This document shows, piece after piece, positions 48,229 through 54,933 of a stretch of DNA of 54,933 nt; positions within the stretch are counted from its first letter, which is position 1; the number at the start of each line of letters is the position of its first letter. A program made the position numbers and the translations under genes. Below the pieces are notes generated by a model that was not told the DNA's origin, did no database searches, and saw nothing but the letters and a program-made list of their open reading frames with translations. Origin of the DNA: an uncultured Ruminococcus sp. (GTDB lineage Bacteria; Bacillota; Clostridia; Oscillospirales; CAG-272). Location: contig CAZQII010000001.1 in assembly GCA_964593825.1 (NCBI GenBank), positions 15,687 through 70,619 on the forward strand, written 5' to 3'.

Positions 48229-48639
48229 ATGGAATTTTCAGGGAGCGGCACACTGTATGTGCGCGCTTTTACGGCAAGCGATTCTCTGCCGGTGGAAAAC
48301 GTTCTTGTACGCATAAGGGGTGCAAACGAGGAAAACAGACTCGTGGAATATTCCTTTCTCACGGACAGAAACGGATTGACCGCGCTCATCGTGCTTCCGA
48401 CACCGGAAAAGGGCTATTCCCTTTCTCCCGGGGCAAAAGAAAATCCTTTTGCCGTATACGATATCGAGATCCTCGGGAGCGGCTTTTACCGCAAGCGCTT
48501 TTTCAATGTGGCGGTCTTCGCCGACACCGTATCGCTTCAGCCGGTCTCGATGATCCCCGTTTCCGATTACGCAGAGGACTCTGTTTATCCCGAGGGAAAT
48601 CTCGATATCGTAATCGAAGAAAACGAATTTCTCAAATAG
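48229..48639 (+). CDS. Stand-alone homologue of the SleC N-terminal pre-pro region (carboxypeptidase-regulatory-like beta domain)
   Basis: Start at the ATG 7 nt after GGAGGG; the ORF-track start at 48211 is TTG. The pattern GTLYVRAFTASDSLPVENVLVRIRG ... LPTPEK resembles the N-terminus of clostridial SleC (from memory). Ends at TAG 48637..48639, in frame with the next ORF. Confidence 0.6.
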   Translation: MEFSGSGTLYVRAFTASDSLPVENVLVRIRGANEENRLVEYSFLTDRNGLTALIVLPTPEKGYSLSPGAKENPFAVYDIEILGSGFYRKRFFNVAVFADTVSLQPVSMIPVSDYAEDSVYPEGNLDIVIEENEFLK

Positions 48640-48648
48640 GAGATAATT

Positions 48649-50046
48649 ATGATATACTATCCGACTATACCCGAGAACATAGTCATACATCTCGGAGCTC
48701 CCGACTCGGAAGCAATGAACGTGACGGAAGTATTTCCGAATTATATCAAAAACGTTGCCTCGAGCGAGATCTATCCGACGTGGCCGCACGAATCGTTGCG
48801 GGCCAATATACTGGCGCAGATCTCCGTTGCGCTCAACCGCGTATATACTGAATTTTACAGGAGCCGCGGATACGATTTCGATATCACGAATTCAATAGCC
48901 CATGATCAGAGCTACGTATATCAGCGCGACATCTTTCAAAACGTTTCGGACATCGTCGACGAGATATTCAACAGTTATATAAAGAGGATCGGCGTTATCG
49001 AGCCGCTGTATGCGCAGTTCTGCGACGGAGTCGAGGTCACTTGTGCGGGCTTGTCCCAATGGGGGACGGTGGAGCTCGCCGATCGCGGCTTCGATTATCT
49101 CGGCATACTGAAGAATTATTACGGGAACGAAATAGAGATTGTCGGCAATGTCGCGGTTGCGAGCATCAGGGAGAGCGTGCCGCCCGTCGATCTCGGCGAG
49201 GGCGATACGGGGAACGAGGTGCAGCGCATTCAAATTCAGATCAACAGGATTTCGTCGAATTTTCCGGGCATACCGAAGATCTACCCGACCGACGGTTTTT
49301 TCGGCAGATCGACGGTCGATGCGGTAAAAAAATTTCAAGAGGTCTTCGGCCTTACCGTCGACGGGATCGTCGGCCGGGCGACATGGTACAGAATTCAGTA
49401 CATATATAACGGTGTGAAGAAACTTTTCGAATTAAATTCGGAGGGATTGCGCGTGTCGGAGCTTCCGAACGCTTTTCCGGGAACGCTCAGCCTCGGGGAC
49501 GAATCGTACGGAGTCATAACGGTGCAGTATTACCTGAGCTATATCGCGCTCTTCGTCTCCACGGTCCTCGCCGCCGCGGTGGACGGATCGTTCGGCGTCG
49601 GCACGCGTGACGCGGTCATATCCTTTCAAAGAACATATATGCTCGAGCCGAGCGGAGAGGTCGACCTTATAACGTGGAACAGACTCGAGAATACCTATCG
49701 CGGCATAATTTCGCGCTCGCCTTACAGCTTCAGAGACGGCTTGATTCTTCCCTTTCCAGGCCGCGTCCTGAGCGAGGGCTCGGAGGGCGACGACGTTCGC
49801 GCTCTTCAAGAATATTTAAACTACATTTCCGACACCTACACCGCAATTCCGAAGACGGATGCAGACGGCATATTCGGTCCGTCGACCGCGCGGGCGGTTG
49901 CGGCGTTCAAGTCCGAGCTCGGCCTGCCCGGAAACTCGGAAAGGGTCGGCGTCCAGGTCTGGAATGCGATAATCAGCGTGTACGACGATCTTTACATCGG
50001 AAATACGGTCGACGAGGGGCAATTCCCCGGATACGGCGTTTCGTGA
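48649..50046 (+). CDS. sleC: SleC-like spore cortex-lytic enzyme: catalytic (SpoIID/LytB-like) domain plus three PG_binding_1 repeats
   Basis: 465 aa. YIKNVASSEIYPTWPHESLRANILAQISVALNRVYTEFYRSRGYDFDIT and LYAQFCDG ... LSQWG match the SleC core as I recall it. Three repeats of the GxxGxxVxxLQ...DGIFG type. Confidence 0.72.
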   Translation: MIYYPTIPENIVIHLGAPDSEAMNVTEVFPNYIKNVASSEIYPTWPHESLRANILAQISVALNRVYTEFYRSRGYDFDITNSIAHDQSYVYQRDIFQNVSDIVDEIFNSYIKRIGVIEPLYAQFCDGVEVTCAGLSQWGTVELADRGFDYLGILKNYYGNEIEIVGNVAVASIRESVPPVDLGEGDTGNEVQRIQIQINRISSNFPGIPKIYPTDGFFGRSTVDAVKKFQEVFGLTVDGIVGRATWYRIQYIYNGVKKLFELNSEGLRVSELPNAFPGTLSLGDESYGVITVQYYLSYIALFVSTVLAAAVDGSFGVGTRDAVISFQRTYMLEPSGEVDLITWNRLENTYRGIISRSPYSFRDGLILPFPGRVLSEGSEGDDVRALQEYLNYISDTYTAIPKTDADGIFGPSTARAVAAFKSELGLPGNSERVGVQVWNAIISVYDDLYIGNTVDEGQFPGYGVS

Positions 50047-50054
50047 GGTGATAT

Positions 50055-50531
50055 ATGAGAAGTATAGACGACGAGAAGGCATTTATAAAGGAAATACAGC
50101 GATTTTTGATACGCGTCACCCCGAACGGCGGCGCCCTGCTTTCGGAAAGCGGAGTTTATGACGAGCGCACAAAGGCGGCAACGGTGAAATTCAAATCGGA
50201 TAACGGTCTTGCCGCAGACACGGTCGTGGATTACGAAACATTCGACTTGCTTTATCAAAGATATTTGTCCGCCGACGCGCGGGAATCACCGACGCTGAAA
50301 AGGGGCGACAGAGGCGATGCCGTTTCGGAATTGAATATGATGCTGCGCTCCGTCGGCAAGGACTATTCCGAATTCACCGACTATCCCGTATCCGAATACT
50401 TCTCCGAGGATACGGAAAACGCGGTCATGCTTATGCAAGAGCGCTTCGGCACGGAGGTTAACGGAATCGCGGACGGCATCTTTACGCAAAGGTTGAGAAC
50501 GGAATATGAGATTCTGAGCGAATTTAAATAA
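50055..50531 (+). CDS. Peptidoglycan-binding-domain protein (two PG_binding_1 repeats)
   Basis: 158 aa. Contains ESGVYDERTKAATVKFKSDNGLAADTVVDYETF and LKRGDRGDAVSELNMML ... GIADGIF. Confidence 0.72.
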   Translation: MRSIDDEKAFIKEIQRFLIRVTPNGGALLSESGVYDERTKAATVKFKSDNGLAADTVVDYETFDLLYQRYLSADARESPTLKRGDRGDAVSELNMMLRSVGKDYSEFTDYPVSEYFSEDTENAVMLMQERFGTEVNGIADGIFTQRLRTEYEILSEFK

Positions 50532-50605
50532 AAAAGCCGATAAGGGCGTTAAAACTCATATTATTCGGATATAATTCGATAAAAAAGAATTGGAGCTGAT
50601 GATAA

Positions 50606-52999
50606 ATGAGCAAATTTACCGAAAAGGCTGAAAAAGCACTCGGCAATGCACGGGTCACGGCGGAGGATCTCGGACACACATATATCGGAAGCGAGCATTT
50701 GCTGCTTGCGCTGCTGTCGGATGAGCATTCGCTCTCCGCCATGATACTTTCGCGATGCGGAGTAAATGCAAAAAGGATCGAGGAGCTTATTCGGGAATTT
50801 TGCGGCGTCGGAGCAAAAAGCGCACTTACGGCATCTGATATAACTCCGCGGGCGAGGCGTATATTGGAGGGTGCGCAGGCCATGGCAAAAAGATATGACA
50901 GCAAGAGCGTAGGCACGGAGCATATGCTCGCGGCGCTGATCGACGAAAAGGATTCTGTCGCCTTCAGGATATTGAGCAGATCCGATGCGGATATGATCGG
51001 AATTAAGGACGAGGTACACACGCTTTTGCGCGCGGGTGATATGCGTGCATGCAAAAATGAGAAGAACGATAAGCGCAAGCTCTCGAATCTCATAAAATAC
51101 GGAAAGAATCTTACCGCCGTTGCCCACAGCTTCGACCCCCTCATCGGCCGAGAAAACGAGATCGACAGAATAATAAGGATCCTGACGCGAAAAACAAAGA
51201 ACAACCCCTGCCTCGTCGGCGAGGCGGGAGTTGGAAAAACCGCGATAGTGGAGGGGCTGGCGGCAAGGATCGTGCGCGGCGAAATTCCTCCCGCCCTTTA
51301 CGGTAAGGAGATAATTTCGGTAAGTCTCACGTCGATGGTCGCGGGTGCGAAATACAGAGGCGATTTTGAGGAACGCATAACCGCGATCACGGACGAGGCG
51401 GCGAGCGATGACAGCGTTATACTTTTCATTGACGAGATCCATACTATCGTCGGAGCCGGCGCCGCAGAGGGTGCAATAGACGCCGCGAATATACTGAAGC
51501 CGAAGCTCGCGCGAGGTGAGCTGCAGCTCATAGGTGCAACTACATTCGACGAATACAGAAAATATATTGAGAAGGATTCCGCACTTGAGCGACGCTTCCA
51601 GCAGGTGACGGTAAAGGAGCCGGACATCGGTGCGACCGTCGGAATACTTCGCGGAATCAAGAAAAGATACGAGGACCACCACGGAATATATATTGACGAT
51701 GGCGCGCTCGTTGCCGCGGCGGAGCTGTCGGACAGATATATACCGGAGCGCCACATGCCCGACAAGGCGATCGATCTGTTGGATGAGGCATGCGCGAAAT
51801 GCGCACTTGAATCAAGCGCCAACAATAAAAATATGAAAATTATCGATGAAAAACTGAAGCAGATAGTGAAAGACAAGGAAAATGCGATTTGCCGCCTCGA
51901 CTTTGATTCAGCGAGCCGCCTGCGCGAGGCGGAGCTCGCATACAAAAATGAGCTGCGCCTCGCGGCGGAAAGCAAGAAAAGAGAATCATGCCGTGCCACC
52001 TTGGCTAAGGACGGCGTGATTTCCGTGCTCGAGGAGCTCGTCGGCACGGGGATCGGTAACTCGTCCCCCTGCGATATCAGAGACATAAAAAAAGAGCTCT
52101 CCCGAAAAATAGTGGGTCAAAGCTGCGCCGTCAATACCCTTTCGGAGGCGGTTGTGCGAAACAGTCTCGGGCTCGGTCGGGAATCGCGCCCCCTCGGGGT
52201 CTTTCTTTTCGCCGGAGTCAGCGGGCTTGGCAAGACGCAGCTCGCAAAGGAGCTCGCACGGGTCCTGTTCGGGAGCGAGCGTTTTTTGATAAGGTATGAC
52301 ATGTCCGAATTTTCCGAAAGCTCGTCGGTGGCAAAATTCATCGGCTCGGCCCCGGGATATGTAGGATACGACGACGGCAGATCCGTGCTCGAGCGTGTGC
52401 GACGAACACCCTACTCCGTTGTACTGCTCGACGAATTCGAAAAGGCATGCCCCGAGGTGAAAAATCTCTTCCTGCAGATAGCCGACTGCGGAAGGATCAC
52501 CGATTCGCACGGGCGCGAGATATCATTCAAAAACACCTACCTGATCATTACGGCGAATATAGATCTCGAGCACAAGGGCGGCGGAATAGGCTTCTCCGTC
52601 GGCGACGGTAGATCGGATGAGGGATGCGCCGCCTTGCGCGCGGCATTCAGCGAGGAATTGCTCGGCAGGATCGACAGGGTCATTCCGTTCAAGAGGCTCT
52701 CCGAGGAGGAGCTGATCGGTATTACGGAGCAGCAGCTTGAAATATTCAACGAGCGTATATCGAAATTGAATATATGTGCCGATTTCGGCACGGAGGCAAC
52801 GGAGCTTATAGCAAGAGAGGGACTGAAGCACGGCGGAGTCAGAAATATCCTTTCATTTATAAAGCAAAATATCGAAGGCGCCCTCGCCGTAAAGATAGCA
52901 AACGGTGAGCTCGACGGATGCGATGCCGTTACGGTCGGTGTGAACGGTGACGGAATAGTCATAGAAGCGAAAAAGCTGATGACCGCACAGGAGAGCTGA
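50606..52999 (+). CDS. clpC: ATP-dependent Clp protease ATP-binding subunit, ClpC-like
   Basis: 797 aa. Two Clp_N repeats (IGSEHLLLALL, VGTEHMLAAL). D1 Walker A GEAGVGKTAIVEGLA, UVR-like linker, D2 GVSGLGKTQLAKELA, and an IGF loop (GGGIGFS). Confidence 0.9.
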   Translation: MSKFTEKAEKALGNARVTAEDLGHTYIGSEHLLLALLSDEHSLSAMILSRCGVNAKRIEELIREFCGVGAKSALTASDITPRARRILEGAQAMAKRYDSKSVGTEHMLAALIDEKDSVAFRILSRSDADMIGIKDEVHTLLRAGDMRACKNEKNDKRKLSNLIKYGKNLTAVAHSFDPLIGRENEIDRIIRILTRKTKNNPCLVGEAGVGKTAIVEGLAARIVRGEIPPALYGKEIISVSLTSMVAGAKYRGDFEERITAITDEAASDDSVILFIDEIHTIVGAGAAEGAIDAANILKPKLARGELQLIGATTFDEYRKYIEKDSALERRFQQVTVKEPDIGATVGILRGIKKRYEDHHGIYIDDGALVAAAELSDRYIPERHMPDKAIDLLDEACAKCALESSANNKNMKIIDEKLKQIVKDKENAICRLDFDSASRLREAELAYKNELRLAAESKKRESCRATLAKDGVISVLEELVGTGIGNSSPCDIRDIKKELSRKIVGQSCAVNTLSEAVVRNSLGLGRESRPLGVFLFAGVSGLGKTQLAKELARVLFGSERFLIRYDMSEFSESSSVAKFIGSAPGYVGYDDGRSVLERVRRTPYSVVLLDEFEKACPEVKNLFLQIADCGRITDSHGREISFKNTYLIITANIDLEHKGGGIGFSVGDGRSDEGCAALRAAFSEELLGRIDRVIPFKRLSEEELIGITEQQLEIFNERISKLNICADFGTEATELIAREGLKHGGVRNILSFIKQNIEGALAVKIANGELDGCDAVTVGVNGDGIVIEAKKLMTAQES

Positions 53000-53047
53000 G
53001 CTTGCCGTTTAAAGATACCGCCCTACCCTTTAAACGGTATATAAAAA

Positions 53048-53075
53048 CAGAACCGCGGTTTCTACCGCGGTTCTG
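53048..53075. terminator. Hairpin between clpC and the convergent tRNA operon (U-run on the minus-strand side)
   Basis: CAGAACCGCGG-tttcta-CCGCGGTTCTG, an 11-bp perfect stem. Confidence 0.6.
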
Positions 53076-53083
53076 CTAAAAAA

Positions 53084-53161
53084 TGGGGTGAAATATGGGG
53101 CTCGAACCCACGACCTCCAGGGCCACAACCTGGCGCTACTACCAACTGAGCTAATTCCACC
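53084..53161 (-). tRNA. tRNA-His (anticodon GTG) with encoded G-1 and CCA
   Basis: Reverse complement is GGTGGAATTAGCTCAGTTGGTAGTAGCGCCAGGTTGTGGCCCTGGAGGTCGTGGGTTCGAGCCCCATATTTCACCCCA. Anticodon loop TTGTGGC. G-1 pairs with C73. Confidence 0.92.
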
Positions 53162-53168
53162 ATACTGA

Positions 53169-53245
53169 TGGCGTGCCTTGAGGGACTCGAACCCCCGACC
53201 TACTGCTTAGAAGGCAGTTGCTCTATCCAGCTGAGCTAAAGACGC
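53169..53245 (-). tRNA. tRNA-Arg (anticodon TCT), CCA encoded
   Basis: Reverse complement is GCGTCTTTAGCTCAGCTGGATAGAGCAACTGCCTTCTAAGCAGTAGGTCGGGGGTTCGAGTCCCTCAAGGCACGCCA. Anticodon loop CTTCTAA. One C2-A71 mismatch in the acceptor stem. Confidence 0.88.
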
Positions 53246-53263
53246 AAACCTGTAACGGACTAT

Positions 53264-53292
53264 ATTATAACAGAATGAAAATGATTTGTCAA
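53264..53292 (-). promoter_or_regulatory. Sigma-A promoter, exact TTGACA-N17-TATAAT, for the tRNA-Arg/tRNA-His operon
   Basis: Reverse complement reads cTTGACAaatcattttcattctgtTATAATat. Confidence 0.65.
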
Positions 53293-53435
53293 GTGATTTT
53301 TTTACTTTTTTCTGACTTTTTCCGAAAAAAATACTTAAAATGCGTCCAATGCCCGTTTTTCATCCAAATAAATCCATACAAAACGGGAGCGATGAACGTG
53401 CATTGCCCCCGTTTTGCAAAAAAACATACAAAGAA

Positions 53436-54359
53436 TTATTGCTTAACGACCTCGGCCACGGCGCTCGCGAGCCCCGCAACGCCCTGGATGGTCGAGGGAA
53501 TAATGATCTTGGTTGCCTGACCGTTTGCGGCCTTTTCAAATGCCTCGAGGCTCTTCATCTGAAGAACGGCGTCTGACGGAGTCGCCTCGTTTATCATTTT
53601 GATACCGCGCGCCGTCGCCTCCTGGATCTTGAGGATAGCTTCGGATTCACCCTCCGCCTCTTTTATCTTGGCCTCCTTTGCCGCCTCGGCCTTAAGGATA
53701 GCGGCTTCCTTTTCCGCCTCTGCCGCGAGGATTATCTTCTGCTTATGACCCTCTGCGACAAGTATGGTGGAATTCTTTTCGCCCTCAGCCTTAAGTATAA
53801 GCTCGCGGCGCTCGCGCTCCGCCTTCATCTGCTTTTCCATCGCTTCCTGTATCTCGCGCGGCGGAATGATGTTCTTGAGCTCGACTCTGTTCACCTTTAT
53901 TCCCCAAGGATCGGTTGCCTCGTCGAGGATAGCGCGCATCTTCGTATTAATGATATCGCGCGATGTCAGAGTCTGGTCGAGGTCAAGCTCGCCTATGATG
54001 TTTCTGAGCGTTGTGGCCGTGAGATTCTCTATCGCCATGAGCGGATTTTCGACACCGTACGTATAAAGCTTGCAGTCGGTTATCTGGAAAAAGACGACAG
54101 TATCTATCTGCATTCTTACGTTATCCTTCGTAATGACCGGCTGCGGCGGAAAATCAACGACCTGCTCCATGAGATTTATCTTCAGCGCGACAGATTCTAT
54201 AAACGGGATCTTGAAATGCATGCCCGTATGCCACGTTGCATGATAGCTGCCGAGGCGCTCAATGACCTGCGCCGTTGCCTGAGAAACGATGCGTATGTTT
54301 GCGATAACAACGATTATCGCGATAAGAAGAATAAGTGCAACTATAATAAGCGGAACCAT
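53436..54359 (-). CDS. SPFH/band-7 (stomatin/prohibitin-like) membrane protein
   Basis: 307 aa. N-terminal TM, then the SPFH core (IVSQATAQVIERLGSY ... TKDNVRMQIDTVVFFQI), then a coiled-coil EAEKEAAILKAEA region. Confidence 0.9.
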   Translation of the reverse strand: MVPLIIVALILLIAIIVVIANIRIVSQATAQVIERLGSYHATWHTGMHFKIPFIESVALKINLMEQVVDFPPQPVITKDNVRMQIDTVVFFQITDCKLYTYGVENPLMAIENLTATTLRNIIGELDLDQTLTSRDIINTKMRAILDEATDPWGIKVNRVELKNIIPPREIQEAMEKQMKAERERRELILKAEGEKNSTILVAEGHKQKIILAAEAEKEAAILKAEAAKEAKIKEAEGESEAILKIQEATARGIKMINEATPSDAVLQMKSLEAFEKAANGQATKIIIPSTIQGVAGLASAVAEVVKQ

Positions 54360-54374
54360 AAAAACCTCCGAAAT

Positions 54375-54803
54375 TTATTTTTTGCAAATAAGCTTAACAC
54401 CCTCGATCGCCACGACGTGCAATGCCTCGCCGACCTCGAACACATCGTCCTCACCGACTCCGCGGGCGGACCATATCTGTCCCTTCACCCTTGCCTGACC
54501 GCAGCCTGCATAATTATCGATGCGCTCGGTCACGATGCAACGCTCTCCGATTATCGACTCTATATTCGTTTTGGCCGTATCCTTTTTTCCTTTTCTCGAA
54601 AAGAACATTTTTCCCGCTGCGATACCTATACATGTCAGGACCAAGAATACAATTACCTGCCATATGAGCGGAACGTCGAAAAAGTCCAGAAGGACCCCGA
54701 TCATCGCGCCGGGCACGAACCATATCGCGACCAGCTGCTCCGTCAAGATCTCGACGATTATAGCAAGGACGATCACGGCGATCCATATCCAACTTGTGTA
54801 CAC
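54375..54803 (-). CDS. NfeD-family membrane protein (partner of the SPFH protein)
   Basis: 142 aa with a GTG start after AAGGAGGGG. Two or three TM helices plus a C-terminal OB-like domain (GERCIVTERI ... ARVKGQIWSAR). Confidence 0.85.
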   Translation of the reverse strand: MYTSWIWIAVIVLAIIVEILTEQLVAIWFVPGAMIGVLLDFFDVPLIWQVIVFLVLTCIGIAAGKMFFSRKGKKDTAKTNIESIIGERCIVTERIDNYAGCGQARVKGQIWSARGVGEDDVFEVGEALHVVAIEGVKLICKK

Positions 54804-54843
54804 GGTATCTCCCCTCCTTATATTATATTGTAATTACAAAATC

Positions 54844-54872
54844 AGTATATCACAACATTAAAAAAATGTCAA
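54844..54872 (-). promoter_or_regulatory. Sigma-A promoter TTGACA-N17-TATACT with an extended -10 (TGa) for nfeD-SPFH
   Basis: Reverse complement reads aTTGACAtttttttaatgttgTGaTATACTg. Confidence 0.55.
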
Positions 54873-54933
54873 TAAGTGCCGCAAAATATTTTCTCCGCGG
54901 CGCGTGCGGATCATGTCAAATGTTATCAAATTT

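Noticed and set aside
48637-48639. In-frame TAG in the SleC-like gene as pyrrolysine or programmed read-through.
   Set aside because: No pyl genes or PYLIS-like context are visible in the window. The TAG is embedded in a good SD followed by an ATG at optimal spacing, so re-initiation as two genes (or a simple nonsense mutation) is more parsimonious.
6859-53389. Recurrent ATACAAAA(T/C) / (A/G)TTTTGTAT 9-mers (about 6859, 22872, 22912, 22938, 23594, 35237, 35250, 53381) as a shared operator motif.
   Set aside because: All copies are in AT-rich intergenic DNA, where such 9-mers are not improbable. Only the 35233..35262 site is a true extended palindrome. I cannot tie them to a known regulator box (not Rex, CcpA, CodY, LexA, Fur or NrdR consensus).
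1-54933. Scan for CRISPR arrays, cas genes, restriction-modification, toxin-antitoxin pairs, retron or DGR reverse transcriptases, transposases and RiPP/NRPS/PKS clusters.
   Set aside because: No spaced direct-repeat arrays are present. No ORF has nuclease/helicase defence-type, RT, transposase or biosynthetic signatures. Every large ORF is accounted for by housekeeping or sporulation functions.

Overview
This window looks like core chromosome from a spore-forming Firmicute (Clostridia-type gene content, about 50% GC by eye). All calls come from manual motif recognition and translation; no searches were run.

Contents, in order:
- Start of window: a truncated comEC, a DagK-family lipid kinase, rarA and recG.
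- Origin-proximal-type block on the + strand: yybS-like, gdpP, rplI, dnaB, tilS, ftsH.
- A five-gene biotin-dependent Na+-decarboxylase operon on the - strand.
- A tyrosine recombinase plus an XRE/TPR regulator.
- cwlD, radA, an EF-G paralogue and tRNA-Ser(GGA).
- Two AT-richer genes (a hypothetical protein and a clan GH-A glycosidase).
- lysC, an orphan cysteine-rich ORF, a SpoU/TrmH methyltransferase and spoIIID, followed by a 612-nt non-coding gap.
- kdgK, a minimal P-loop protein, pgi, a D-Ala-D-Ala carboxypeptidase, a GNAT, a DUF624-like membrane protein, ybaK and a pdaA-like deacetylase.
- rpsU, folD, lgt, an Rrf2 regulator, prs and a ThuA-like protein.
- A SleC-like cortex-lytic gene split by one in-frame TAG, a second PG-binding protein and clpC.
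- tRNA-His and tRNA-Arg, then an NfeD/SPFH pair.

Many exact sigma-A consensus promoters and intrinsic terminators are visible. I found no CRISPR array, defence island, prophage, transposon or biosynthetic cluster, and no convincing novel multi-gene system.

The items most worth a second look:
- the Cys-rich ORF with a sigma-K-type promoter;
- the split SleC;
- the decarboxylase operon with two carboxyltransferases, one of them non-canonical;
- the palindrome-rich 612-nt gap;
- the cwlD leader hairpin.
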